NCBI RefSeq assembly: GCF_001447785.1
Contig: NW_015173156.1
Coordinates: 141,857-205,856, forward strand
Direction: 5' to 3'
Length of the DNA stretch: 64,000 nucleotides
Origin: Gekko japonicus
Taxonomy: Eukaryota
The position numbers and the translations under genes were made by a program. The notes beneath the pieces were generated by a model, which saw nothing but the letters and a program-made list of their open reading frames with translations, searched no databases and had not been told where the DNA came from. Below, one piece after another: positions 11,255 through 23,869 of the stretch (position 1 is the stretch's first letter; every line of letters starts with the position of its first letter).

Positions 11255-12101
11255 CTTTACTCTGCTCTGATTGGACCTCACCTAGGCTGCAGTCACACAC
11301 ACTAAATAATCCACTTTCAATGCACTTTCCAATTGGATTTTACTCTGTGGATTTTACTCTGTGAACTGGCAAAATACAGCTGGAAAGTGCATTGAAAGTG
11401 GACTGAAAGTGGATTATTTCATGTGTGTGACCACAACCCAAGAGTATTGTGTTCATTTTTGGTCACCACAATTTAAGAAGGATATAGACAAGCTGGAACA
11501 TGTCCAGAGGAGGGCAACAAAGATGGTGAGGGGTCTGGAGGCCAAGTCCTGTGAGGAAAGACTGAAAGAGCTGGGTATTTTTCCCCTGGGGAGGAGAGGA
11601 CTGAGAGGTGATATGATAATGATCTTCAAGTACTTGAAGGACTGCTATATAGAGGATGGTGTGGAGTTGTTTTCTATTGCCCCAGAAGGTTGGACCAGAA
11701 TCAATGGGCTGAAATTAAATCAGAAGAGTCTTGGCTAAATGTTAGGAAGAACTTCCTGACAGAGCGGTTCCTCAGTGGAACAGGCTAGATGGCCATCTGA
11801 CAGTGATGCCGATTGTGTGAACTTAGGCAGATCATGAGAGGGAGGGCAGGAAGGGTTGTATCAGTGCTTAGTTCCTGTGGCCCTTTCTTACACGTCCAGG
11901 GAAATGCTGATCACCACTTTAGGGTCAAGAAGCTATTTTTCTCCAGGCCTGTTTGGGTAGGGATCCTGGAGGTGTTTTGTTATCTTCTGGGCATGGAACA
12001 GGGGTCACTGGGAGTGTGGGAGGGAGGTATTTGCAAATTTCCTGCATTGTGCAGGGGGTCGGACTAGACGAACCTGAGTCCCTTCCAACTCTATGATTCT
12101 A
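11255..12101 (+). mobile_element. CR1 LINE, 5'-truncated (ORF2 C-terminus + 3' UTR)
   Basis: EYCVHFWSPQFKKDIDKLEHVQRRATKMVRGLE...LRGDMI; ends in ctatgattcta. Confidence 0.9.
11285..11438. mobile_element. PIF/Harbinger-like palindromic MITE inserted in CR1
   Basis: TIRs ggctgcagtcacacac / gtgtgtgaccacaacc; inner IR ccactttcaatgcactttcca / tggaaagtgcattgaaagtgg; splits CR1 cctcacct|gagtattgtg. Confidence 0.8.
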
Positions 12102-13000
12102 AGGTGAATTTCTGCTCCATAAGATTACTTCCTTGCACCCTGGCTGAGGCCTTGACCAGCGACTGCAAACAGACTGCAAAATGCAACTAACAAAAAGTGT
12201 GTACACAGCTATATTAGATGGACATGCCTCATTTCATGCCAATTTAACAATCATCCTACAAAACTACAGTTCCCAGAATACCCTGGGGTAAGGGAATGAC
12301 AATTAAACCCATTCCAGACTACTACTACTATTGTGTAGTAGTAACTTTTCATGTCAAAAATGGAAATGAAAAAAAGCACACACACAAGCACACACACACT
12401 CACACATACTTAGATCCAAATGAAAGCAGAACTGGGCTGTTAGTTTTGCTTTCTATCAGATTTGAATCATAGCTGTGAGATTCCTCCCAGCCCTATAATA
12501 ATGCATTTGCATTATTATATATATGTGGCAAAGTATGCAGACAGTAATAACCTTTTCCTGATTCACCAGCACAAAATAAGTCGTATGCTGATGCACCAGA
12601 CAACAACTTGTTATTAAAATATGCATGTACAGATTTTTTTATAAAAAGGACGTTTCAAACTATAAAATCCTTCTTCTAGCTAAACTCATTTTAAATTGAA
12701 AATAAGCGCTGGTACAGCCGAGCCATTGATCTAGCTGAAGGAATTTATTGTCCAAAACCTCCTAAAATGTGTTTTGAATTACCCTGTGTGCATTACACAT
12801 ACTGGAATGATCATGAGAAGAGTTTTGTGTATAGATGCTGCACTGTCATTTGAGTTAACTCTTGGAGGTGGGTTTGAAGAATTTGTTTCTCCTCTATACA
12901 GGCGTGACTACGGTCCATTTCATCTTTTACTCTGCTTGGCTAAACAGTTCTTATTTCACTAGGAATCAGCAATTGGAGAACCTGGGTCCAAATCAGCCCT

Positions 13001-13171
13001 TTGTTGTTCAGTCGCACAGTCGAGTCCGACTCTTCATGACCCCATGGACCAGCTCTTGCCAGGCCCTCCTGTCTTCCGCTGTCCTCTGAAGTTGGCTCAA
13101 TTTCATGTTCATTGCGTCGATGACACTGTCCAACCATCTCATCCTTTGCCGTCCCCGTCTTCTTGGCTATC
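13001..13171 (-). mobile_element. BovB (RTE) LINE 3' end, 5'-truncated, 10-bp TSD
   Basis: Minus frame RRRGRQRMRWLDSVIDAMNM...AWQELVHGVMKSRTRL; (CAA)n tail; TSD AATCAGCCCT at 12991-13000 and 13172-13181. Confidence 0.9.
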
Positions 13172-14607
13172 AATCAGCCCTACCCTTCATATAAGTACTC
13201 ATCTGAGTAACTTACTCAGGTCTTTTTGGATGAAGCTTCCATACTCGATTCATTCCAATCTGGCTTCAGGCCTGGTTTTGGGACAGAGACAGGCCTTGTT
13301 GCTCTTCTGGATGACCCCCGGCTGCAGTTGGATTGAGTCAGGTCAGCACCTCTGATCCTGTTGGATCTTTCTGCAGCATTTGATATGGTGGACCACTCGA
13401 TTTTGGTCCACTGTTTGGCCTCCCTTGGAATTCGTGGCACGGCCTTCTCTTAGTTTGCCTAATTTTTCCTGGGACACAATCAGAGGGTGTTCTTTGGGTG
13501 CAGGAGGTCTTCTGGGTGGCCTTTGATCGGTGGGGTACCCCCAGGAGCAGTCCTGTCCTCAATGTTGTTTTAACGTTTATATGCACCCTCTAGAGGCTTA
13601 TCAGGAGGATTGGGTTGTTTGCCACCGGTATGCTAATGACACCCAGCTCTTCCTTCTGTTGGATAAACAACCGGAAGCAGCTCTGCTCTCCTCTAACCCA
13701 GTGCCTGGACGCCATGGTTGAATGATGGAGGCAGAGTCAGTTGAAATTTAATCCAAGACTGAAGTCACGTGGCTGGGTAAGACTGAACATGTGGGGGGAT
13801 TGCAGTTTCCAGCTCTGGCTTGGTTCCAGCTCTCATTAGTTGACTACGTGAAGAGTCTGGGGTTCTGGCTAGATGCCTCTCTTACCTTGGGCATGCAGGT
13901 GTCCACAGCTGCAGGGCAGGCTTCTTTCTATCTATGCCAGGCCTGTCAGCTGGCCCCCTATCTGTCCTATCTGGACCTGGCCACAGTGATTCATGCCACA
14001 GTCACCTCCAGAATAGACTACTGCAATTTGCTCTACACAGGGCTGCCCTTGAAGGTGCGTTGGTGACTTCAGGTTGTCCAAAATGCAGCTGCCAGGCTTC
14101 TGACTGGAACATCATGGTCTTTACATATACAGCCTGTCTTGAAGCCAACACTTGGCTGCCTATTGGTTTCCAGATCAAATTCAAGGTGCTGTTTTTGACC
14201 TTTAAAGACCTAAAATGGTCTGGGAGCATCAGACCTGAGGTACCACCTCTCCCTTTACAACCTACCTTGGCAGCTGCAGTCTTCATCTTGCAGTCTACTG
14301 GTGGTGCTGGGCCCTCAGGTCACATGTTTGATGTCCTCCAGGGCAAAAGCTTTTTCAACTGTAGCTCCATCCTGGTGGAGTACCCTCTCAGATGAGACCT
14401 AGGCCCTGCGGGACCTCCCGTGGTTCCACATGGCCAGTAGCTTTCCATCAGGCCTTTCCCAGTTAAGTATACTTGGTGGGCTTAATACCGGATCCACCGC
14501 TAACAGTTGTAAATTGTTTGCTTTTTATACTCTGTATTTTATACTGTTTTAACATATTAATTAATTTAACATATTAATTAACATATACTGTTTTAACATA
14601 TTAATTA

Positions 14608-14710
14608 GGAGCTGCGGTGGCTCAAGTGGTTAAGACGCTGAACTGCAGGCTGTGGAAGGTCGGTAGTTCAGCAGTTCGAGACTCGGGTGCCGCATGACGG
14701 AGTGAGCTCC
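14608..14710 (+). mobile_element. Sauria SINE 5' head, running into the assembly gap
   Basis: ggagctgcggtggctcaagtggttaagacgctgaactgcagg is the reverse complement of the 5' ends of the 34.1 and 35.5 kb copies. Confidence 0.9.
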
Positions 14711-15001
14711 NNNNNNNNNNNNNNNNNNNNNNNNNNNNNNNNNNNNNNNNNNNNNNNNNNNNNNNNNNNNNNNNNNNNNNNNNNNNNNNNNNNNNNNNNN
14801 NNNNNNNNNNNNNNNNNNNNNNNNNNNNNNNNNNNNNNNNNNNNNNNNNNNNNNNNNNNNNNNNNNNNNNNNNNNNNNNNNNNNNNNNNNNNNNNNNNNN
14901 NNNNNNNNNNNNNNNNNNNNNNNNNNNNNNNNNNNNNNNNNNNNNNNNNNNNNNNNNNNNNNNNNNNNNNNNNNNNNNNNNNNNNNNNNNNNNNNNNNNN
15001 N
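14711..15001. other. Assembly gap (291 N)
   Basis: Run of N. Confidence 1.
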
Positions 15002-15199
15002 GCTCTGAGCCTCACTTTGTGGGGGAGGAGTGGTATATAAATAGAAATAAATAAATAAATTGTCTAGTTAGCAACACTCAGTAGACGTATTTATATATTT
15101 GTTTATATTTATATTCCCCTTATAGGCTGACCAGGCCTCCCCCCAGTCATCCCCAATACCTGCTCCAAGCAACTGTGCAATAAAAATAAAAGATATTGC

Positions 15200-15800
15200 A
15201 GAACTAGGAAAAGTACAACGATAATTAGAGGGATGGAGCCCCTTCCATATGAGGAAAGACTGGAGAGTCTGAGCCTTTTTCAGACTAGAAAAAGTTGGCT
15301 AAGGGGAGACGTGATAGATGCTTATAAAATTATTCATGGGGTGGAGAAAGGGGATAGAGGAAGCTTCTTCTCCTCTCCCATAATTCCAAAACTTGGGAGC
15401 ACCCAATGAAATTGTTGGGAAACAGGTTCAGGACAGACAAAAGGTCATACTTCTTTACTCAATGAGGAACTGTGGAATTCATTGCCAATGGAGGCAGCAA
15501 TGGCTATGAGCACAGATCCCTTTTAAATGATGTTATTCAGATTCATTGAAGAGACAGATTCAGGGAGGAGAGATCCATCAATGGCAACTACTCATGATGA
15601 TAGAAGGAAGCCCCCAACTACAGGGGCAGCAAACCTCTGGATACTAGTGCTGGGAGGCAGAAGCTGCAATGGAGGACCTTGGACTCTGTGTCCAGTTTGT
15701 TTGGTCCTCCAGGGCCAATGGTTGGCTGCTGTGGGATACAGCATGCTTACATAGATGGACCAGTGGTCTGATCCAGCAGACTCTTCTTACGTTCTTATGT
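15200..15800 (+). mobile_element. CR1 LINE 3' end, decayed
   Basis: gggatggagccccttccatatgaggaaagactg...aggttcaggacagacaaaagg...tggtctgatccagca...cttacgttcttatg. Confidence 0.8.
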
Positions 15801-18367
15801 TTATCTTTAATAGGACTACTCAGAACCCTACTGAAGTCTACCCAAAGAGGCTTATCCTAGAAAGTCATTCTTGTTGATTGCACTGTTACAGAACAAATTC
15901 CACGGGTCAGTAGATGGGCTAAAAAAAATCATGTAAATAAATAACAAATGAAATATAAAAATATACAAAACATAAGAATGAAATTAACAGCAAACCATAC
16001 AAAAGAAATTGCACCAGCCACAGCAGAATAAAAACAAAACACAGTATCAAAGCAGATAAATGGAAAGAAATATAATTAAAATAGAATTGGCCTGGCTTCT
16101 AACTGTTAGTGTCAGGAAACCATGCCTAGACGGAGAGTAACAAATCTGGATGTCACTACAGGAAAGGACATCTCTCCAGCAACCACTTACCACATAGTTG
16201 AAAATGAGGCAGGTCAAGTCTCCTGCCCCCCACCCCTGGATTTCCCCACCACTGCTCAGTTGGATGTAGGGGGGAAATTCTGGGGAATGCGGAGGGATGA
16301 TTGATATTGCCAGCAATGCCATGATATCACTTCCAGCGTGACACAGAAGTGACATCGTTACATCAGGCAATGGTGTAATATTTGACCCAAACTCTATAGT
16401 TAAACCATAGAATTTTGAGCAAATGCTAGAGAATCACCCCCTACACAACTACGTTATTTACAGTCAACCCAGAAGTGACATCTTTGCATCACCAGCAATG
16501 TTGCAGCAGCACCAGCTAGCCCACACCCATAGAAGTGTACTTACCATTTCCAGCCTCAGGCTCGTAACCCTACTGAGAACACACAGAAAACAGAGATGTA
16601 ACTGAGTGTCTGTGACTACTCTGTTTGGAATTGAGCATTCAGGTTTCTTTGGGGACTTTCAAATGCTCAGAATGTGAATCTAGATATCAGTTCTCCAATC
16701 GCATGATTAAAATTCAATAGAAAAAAAATCTGCCATCAACACTGAGGCAGGGTTTAGGGCATCCTGAGGTTTCTGGTGGACCTTTTTTTTTATTATGCTG
16801 ATGACTCAGTATGGTCAGCTGAGGTTTTCTCAATGGGAGTCATTATAAGACAATCTCCAATTTTGTTAAGTAGCCATGACACCTTGGAGAAGGTGACTTC
16901 CCCCTCCCAGGCATGTGGGCATGTGTATAGAGACAGCAGGGTTAGTTCAGAAGAAACTAACAGAGATGGCTGCGAGTTGTGCTCTGATTATTCATTGGTA
17001 AGTAAAGCAAACATTACAAAAATGTCATAAAACTCCAGGGCTCTTTGTCCTTCAGAATGGAATCAAACCCAAGGAGTACTACATATTTGTTCTTTAAATA
17101 AAGGTACTCTCTTAGAGCCTCAAGGACAAAATATGCTTTCCAAGTAGGAATTGGTCTTCATGGAGCAAGGCAACAGCTGAGATGACTCAGAGATTGGAAC
17201 AACTGAATAAAAAAGACCATAGACAAAGGGACATATCAAACATTATTTGTCACTGAGAAAGGTATCAAATAGCCTTAGTATGTTTCTACATAAGAAGCTG
17301 CTGACCTCTCAGACACATGCAGGTCATAAAAGCAAAAATCCGAACAGACATTAAACAATCATGAAACAGACATTGCAAGAGCCACACACAAAAAAAACTA
17401 CCAACATCTGGAAAAAATTAAAAGGAAATGGGTATGGAAAATATGGTCTTTCCTAACGTATAAGGATACTAAAAATACCTGAAAGCCTATATCTTTGTAT
17501 ATCCCAAAGGAAAGACTTTAAATGATAGTTTCATATGAGAAAAGGTGGTCCTTCAAATAAGACTATTTGGGCCTTTAAAGATTTGGACAGAGCCTGGAAA
17601 CGAACCAGAAACCAGGGAATATCATGTAGGAAAGGGACGTCATGGTAGTCAGTACAGCTAATAATCGTACTTCCATCTCCTGCACCAGTTTAACTTCATA
17701 GTTCACTGTTCACAGACACTGTTTACAGGGCTCTACACAAAACACATCACTGTACTTTAGCTGATCTGCAGCACAAATTAGTACTGGACAGTCATCTCTT
17801 CAAGATGGGATGCAGCTGATGTACCAACTTGAATACATAAGCTATCATGTATTGAGTCAGACCATTGATCTATGAAGATCAGAGTTGTCTTACTCACAGT
17901 AGTGCTTTGGGGTCTCAGGTACAGGGCTTTTCATACCATGTACTACCTGGACTGGACTGAACCCAAGACCTTCTGCGTGCAAGTTGATGAAATGGATTAT
18001 AACTACATAATGCCACTTGCACATCCATCAGCAATGCTAGACAAGCAGTTCCAAGCTGCAAACCTCCTCTTTCAGAGGAAGTGGAAACCCCAGTCAGCTC
18101 ATGTAGAATAGCACTGTGACGCCTTGCTAAGAGTCTTAATTTTAATTCTTAAAGAAATTTATTAAGCGTCACATCATCACAGTTCTTCTTGGTTTTTGAA
18201 TTACCCTATGACCGTGCCAATCAACTTGAAACCACAAAAGTTTAGGCCACAATAAATGCATTCATCTTTAAAGTACCACACAACTGTTTGTTGTTTTCAT
18301 CACAGCAGACTACTATGGCATGCTCTGGGGAATTTTCTTTTCTTTTCAAAAAAGGCATACAGTTCTT

Positions 18368-18699
18368 GGCCCATTCTGCATCTAGCATTCGCTCTGTTGT
18401 TTCACCAAACCCACACTGGAACAGAAAAAGATGCAGCTCAAAACCACATTCAAATACCCCGGGCCAACACTATACTGACTGCAGTCACCCCTGAATGGCC
18501 ATAAAACGGCCATAGATCTAGGCAGACGGGTGTCATAAAACCGAGCGATCAAATGAAGTGAAAGCGGCATGCAGTCTGGACACTGCCATAAAATCCGACA
18601 ATCAGTCAAAGTGAAAGTGGCATGCAATGTGGAGGAGAATTTCTGTTCCAGAGTGGGTTTGGTAAAACAGCGGAGCAAATGCTAGATGCAGAATGAGCC
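18368..18699. mobile_element. PIF/Harbinger-like MITE with ~60-bp TIRs
   Basis: ggcccattctgcatctagcatt...ctggaacagaaa is mirrored by tttctgttccag...aatgctagatgcagaatgagcc; 3-bp flanks CTT/CTT. Confidence 0.85.
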
Positions 18700-19325
18700 C
18701 TTTAGTATGTAATGGTATCCTACAAGCTTTTGGCACTGCAGTCAGCTGCAAATGAAACTGAAATGGGGGTTATAAAGTGAGGAAGTGCTACATTCCCCAT
18801 GAAAATCCATCCCCACAGGTAAGAGCCTACAATATGTCTATTTCAGGGGGTCCCTTAAAAGGTGCCCATGGGTACCATGGTGTCCGCTAACACATTTCCT
18901 GAACTCTGCCAAGTGTTTTTAGAAAGTTGGCAGGGCCAAGGGAGGCATTTGCCCAAGAAGACTTCTAACTGGACACTGGAGATTCAATTGCCTGTGCATG
19001 TTTTTTTTTTTAATGTTGCTTTTTTAATGTTGCTTTGGAAGCAGCTGCCACCACAATGCAGTAATCTTCACTGTGTGACTGAAGGTAAATTATGGCAGCC
19101 ATTTTGTGGCTATACCCATCATGCTGTGTCAGAATTTCAAAGGTGCCCACAGGCTCAAAGGGGACCCCGATTTACTTGGAAGTGAACTCCCTTCAACAAT
19201 GACCCTGATTCTTCCTTCAATTTTCTTCTTGCTTCTTTGTTATCAGGTTAATGACTTACTTCCTGTTCTCTTGGGACTTTGAGGTTCACTTCCAGTACTC
19301 ATTAATCAAAGGGGAGTTAATCAAA

Positions 19326-19790
19326 GGGGAGCGGTGGCACAGAGGATTTATCCTCTGGTTATAATAGTAACATCTGAGCTGAACAGGCTTGCTGTCAGTT
19401 CTAGCCCCGCGCTGGTGTGAGCTGCCAGCCTTGTCCCCAGCTCGCCGTCTACCCGGCGGTTCGAAAGCTTTGGCGAGTAGATAAAATGGGTACCACTCCT
19501 TAGAGAGAGTGGGCACACTGAATCCCCCCCCCTCGTGGGGTGGAGTGGTGTTAGCCGGCGAACGGAAGTCCAGCTCACATGATGGAAAGCCTAGAGAGAT
19601 CTCCTCGGCATGAAGAAAAGCCTGTAATGGGCTGTCCGGCCAGGTGATGGCAGTGTGGCACTACAACTCAAGGAGACTGGAGAAAAGCTGACGCCATCAA
19701 ACTCAGCCAAGGAAAAATGCCATTCCGGATCACGTCTCATCTGCATCTGAACAAAACCCTCGTCAGCTGTGAATGGGTGCAATTTAAGAT
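19326..19790 (+). mobile_element. Divergent Sauria-like SINE head/core joined to an unrelated 3' body
   Basis: ccccagctc...cggcggttcgaaagc...gcgagtagataaaatgggtaccact aligns to the Sauria core; no Sauria 3' half and no (ACCTTT)n tail. Confidence 0.55.
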
Positions 19791-22282
19791 GTATATATGT
19801 TGTCCTCCCTTACCCCAAAAAGCATTGGTAGTCCCTCGTGAAAAATGAGTAACTGTAAATCCCTCAGAGCCAGCAAGCTCTGCAGGATTGAGTGATCAAT
19901 AAATTGAAACTGAAAGATTTTCTTCCCTTTGGAGGGTGATGTGGCATCCATGCAGCCTTTTTTCTATATTGCCAAAGTCACTGCTTATATATTTTTTTAA
20001 AAAAAATGCTTAAGATCATTATGATAAACAAAATAAAGAAGAGCAGTAGCTTTGGCAAACTACCAAATTGGGGGGGGATTATCTTCCTCGAGGGGGAAAT
20101 TCATAAATGTAGAGAGATTAGAACCAAGGAACACATGAAATCATCATCATCATCATCATCAAACTGGAAGAAGGAAAGCCTGAAAATGTGATGTAACAAA
20201 TTCATTGTTACCTACTGGGAGTCCTTTGTCAGAAAAGGTGGGCCAGCTAATGAATGAATAAATGCAATAAATGAAATTGGGGGGGGAAGACAAACTAGAA
20301 AATACTAGAATGCAGCAGCCTGGCTGTGGCATCATTTGGATGTCCCAAAACAACTGTGTGAGGAACTCAGGTGAGCCAATTAAAAAGCTTTGTAGAGCAG
20401 CCAAACTGGGACCATCTTCCTTCGCCATATTTTAAACAAACTCCAACCTGCCTCTGAAACTTCAAGATAAAATCCAAAGTTGTACACATTGGCATTCTTT
20501 CTTATTTGCAGCTGTTTATGGGGATCATGTATGAAAATGTCCTTTTTCTTTCTGGGTGTGATGCTTGAATTGTCTGTCTTTTGGCCACGGTAAATGTGCA
20601 TCTCAGTAGCCACCACCGCATAAAAACAGACTCATTTGCACTAATTTGGTATTACTGTCTTCTTCTCAGCAGTCTATATTAAATGTGTAGATAGTTAACT
20701 AAAACCTAAAATGGAGGCAAGATTGTCTAGTAATATTTTCACTTGGGTACTACACCTAAAATGAACCAAAAACATTGTTGAGATGTACCTCTTGCTGGGA
20801 AATTAATGGCCTGATACAGGAAAGCCAGCTAGTGCCTGCCTGTATCTGAATCAGGTCTGACCAGCGTTATCTGGGACACCTTAGCGTTTACCTCCGTGTG
20901 TCACAGATCAGCACCACTTACAGTCATCCAGTTTTTGATTCATCACTCTGATTCTGTCCCAGCATGTCTTCTATTTCAGAACGTGCTCTTTTACCTCTTC
21001 AATCACCCCTGGTCCCTCCTCTCCACATGTTTTTAATCAGCCTTTGGAGAAACAGGTCCCTCTCTCCACACACACACATACCCCACTGGAGATTTGAGCT
21101 TACATATACCCTACTGGAGATTTGAGCTTATTACCAGTTATCACTGAGCTTTCACGCTTTTTTCCAATGTCCTCCAGCTCCCCATGCCACACACACAATC
21201 AGTTTCTCTACCAACTGACGAGGAAAAAGTCTGGATTTCATTCCAGCATCCCGGAAGTATGATGAAACACAAATCCATTCCAGTCCTGTCTTACACAGTG
21301 TGCCTGCTCAAGTACTGTTGCATACCAAATCCTATCAGATCTTTCATCACCACCAGTCTCTCTTTGAAACACCTCTGCTCCCCTTTTCCTGAGAAGGATT
21401 AGTACTGTACGCTGAGCCTTGAGACCATCTACTTATTTATTCCATGTATACCCCACCTTTCTCCCCAAATCACGTTCCGTCATTCCCCTCTCCTTCATTT
21501 CATCCTCACAATAACCCTGTGAGGTAGGTTAGGCTGACTGGCCCAGGGTCACCCGGAAAGGTTCCATAGGAGAGTACGGAACAAATTCAAACCTGGAACC
21601 CCGACCCTAGTCTAACCACTATACTGAGCCAGCCATGGCTGGGAGAGCAGGGTATAAATATAATTAATAAAAATAAATAAAATAAATACACCACTCTGGC
21701 TCTCTAGCATCGCAGCATTCTTAAGTATTAAATGGCAGTGCCAGGGGCAGACTGACCATAAACATTAACTTACAGGGAGAAGTCCTGACTGATTCTTCCA
21801 GTGCCGGCAGCCCTCTCCCATGCCATTGGTGATACTGACTTGGCCTCCCCCTCCATCTGTCTGCAGCTGATCCCACTACCTGGTGCCAAGTGCCTGTCTA
21901 GACATGTCCCCTCCCATGAGTGCAATGGGACCAAGCCATGACACACCAGTGCCAGAGGTGACCATGAAGAGACAATATAACCGAAGACCACCCTGAGGAG
22001 CCCAAGTGGTGTGAGGAGCACCATGCAGGGAATAGGGAACAGGGCCATAGTGTCCCCCACTCTCCCCCGCACAGTTATGAGCTCCCTGGGAAGAACAGCT
22101 AGTGAGCCTGTCAAGCTGTTCTCTCCCACAGAAGGAATGGCGTAAAGCAGTGTCATCACTCTCCTTTCCACAGTCATAGAAACACTCGGAAGAATAGTCA
22201 AACAGTACACACAGACACAAGCATCAAAGATAAGAGATCAGACATGGGAACAAGAACAAACAGGAGGCAGTACAACCAAAAG

Positions 22283-22471
22283 TAGGGTTGCCACCTCCAG
22301 GTTGGAACATTCTTGGAGATTCAGTGGGTGGAGTCTGGGGAAGGCAGGGCTTGGGGAAGGGAGGGAGCCCAGCAGGGTATAGTGCCATGGGGTCCACCTT
22401 CCAAAGCGGCCATTATCGCCAGTCTCTGTCATCTGGAGATCAGTTGTAATTCCAGGAGGTTGGCAACACTA
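22283..22471. mobile_element. hAT (Blackjack-like TAGGGTTGCCA) MITE; family copies/fragments at ~28105-28610, 30590-30741, 36010-36207, 41662-42427
   Basis: TIRs tagggttgcca / tggcaacacta; family body motifs ccattttctccaggggaactgatctc (clearest in the other copies) and cagttgtaattc. Confidence 0.75.
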
Positions 22472-23869
22472 ACAACAGATCCAAGGACTTTGTATTGTGT
22501 AAGGAGGCCCTAACAGTCCTTGCCAAGGGAAACATGTGAAACGGCAGACTGTACAATCCATTTAGTATTCATGGGTGGACATTTCCGTGTACGTACCCTG
22601 GAATCAAGATGTAACCCAAAACAAAAACACAGACACTATTCAGAGGCTTAACTTGCACATCACCATCCTAAGAAATATGACCCACTAAGTTCATTGGGAT
22701 TTGCACTCCAACTCATGTGTCTAGGATTGCTGTCCTGGAGACAGATGGAAACTGAAAAGATACCTTTCTAACGGTGGCATATGCATGCACATTACCATCA
22801 ATTTTTAAACAACATCTTCAAGATCTCGCCAAAACATGGACAGTGATTAACTAGGAGGAGGCACTAGAAAATCACAACCGTCCTTGGCAAGTAGGAACCC
22901 ACTGGGGAGTATGGTATTGAGATAACAAATGACAAATTGAAATGCACTGAAATGGAATAGGATGAGAAGGCAGACTGGGCAGGAGTATCAAAAACAAACA
23001 AAACCTTAACAGATTCCAGCTATCTTGAGAAACTGTTGAATACATACTTGGCAAAATTCCGTGGAAATAATTCAGCTCAGTGTTTTAATGATTAAAAAAA
23101 AAAGCTTTATTCTGTAGACTTCTGGCAACAAAGGAGATTAGGTGGTATCACACTAGCCAAAATTGCTCCTGCTGATGCTGGCATCTATGATTCACTTCCC
23201 TTCCATCTCGCAATAAAGGGAGTGTGAACCTTAGAAAGAGTTAACATTCCCTGCGATGAAAGAGCAGCTGGCTTTCATAGACAGATGCTTCAACCAAAAC
23301 AGCACACAGCAATATAGAAACATCATTTATTTCATAGTGGGAAGGTACCCTTCCATTTTATAGAGACTTTTAAAAAAAAAATATGGAACATAAATTAAAT
23401 GAAATATTTATGCCAGGAGTGCCAAAGGAGGAAGACAAATAGCACAGGCCAACAATTCTCTTAATAAGATTCAATCATTTTAGAGCAAACGGTTGTCAAA
23501 AGGGTAGGTCCAAGTTTTCTTTTAAAAGTCTGGATTAGGAATTCTGGCATTGATTCTGGTTGGAAATTAAAATATCTCTTTGTGTGTGTTTGGCCTGGCT
23601 ACAGCCACACAGGTATACTTTATTATTTTTCTCCCCAATGGGAACCCAGACTGGCTTACCATATTGTTCTCCTGTCTTCCATTTTATCCTCACAACAACT
23701 CTGTCAGGTATTAGGTTGAGGGAATGTGACTGACGCAAGGTGACCTAGCTCACTTCCATGGCAGAATGGGATTTGAACCTGAAATCTAACCAACTAGCTA
23801 TAAATATGCAAGGATAGAGCTCCTGAAGGTAAAATTATAAAATAATTCAATAAACATACAGCACCAGAA

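Larger units (their letters stand above)
13182..15060 (+). mobile_element. L2-clade LINE, RT domain to 3' end; frameshifted, with the 3' UTR interrupted by a Sauria SINE and a gap
   Basis: QSGFRPGFGTETG, LLDLSAAFDMVDH, HRYANDTQL, VIHATVTSRIDYCN, WLPIGFQIKFKVL; (TAAA)n tail at ~15040-15060. Confidence 0.85.

Noticed and set aside
14608-14685. tRNA gene
   Set aside because: It is the Sauria SINE head; no complete cloverleaf.
14668-15040. ORFs spanning N runs (also 48944-49298)
   Set aside because: Artefacts of assembly gaps.
21770-22220. 146-aa and 114-aa minus-strand ORFs ending near a GTAAGT
   Set aside because: No recognisable domain; overlaps a probable decayed hAT-like element starting caggggcagactg.
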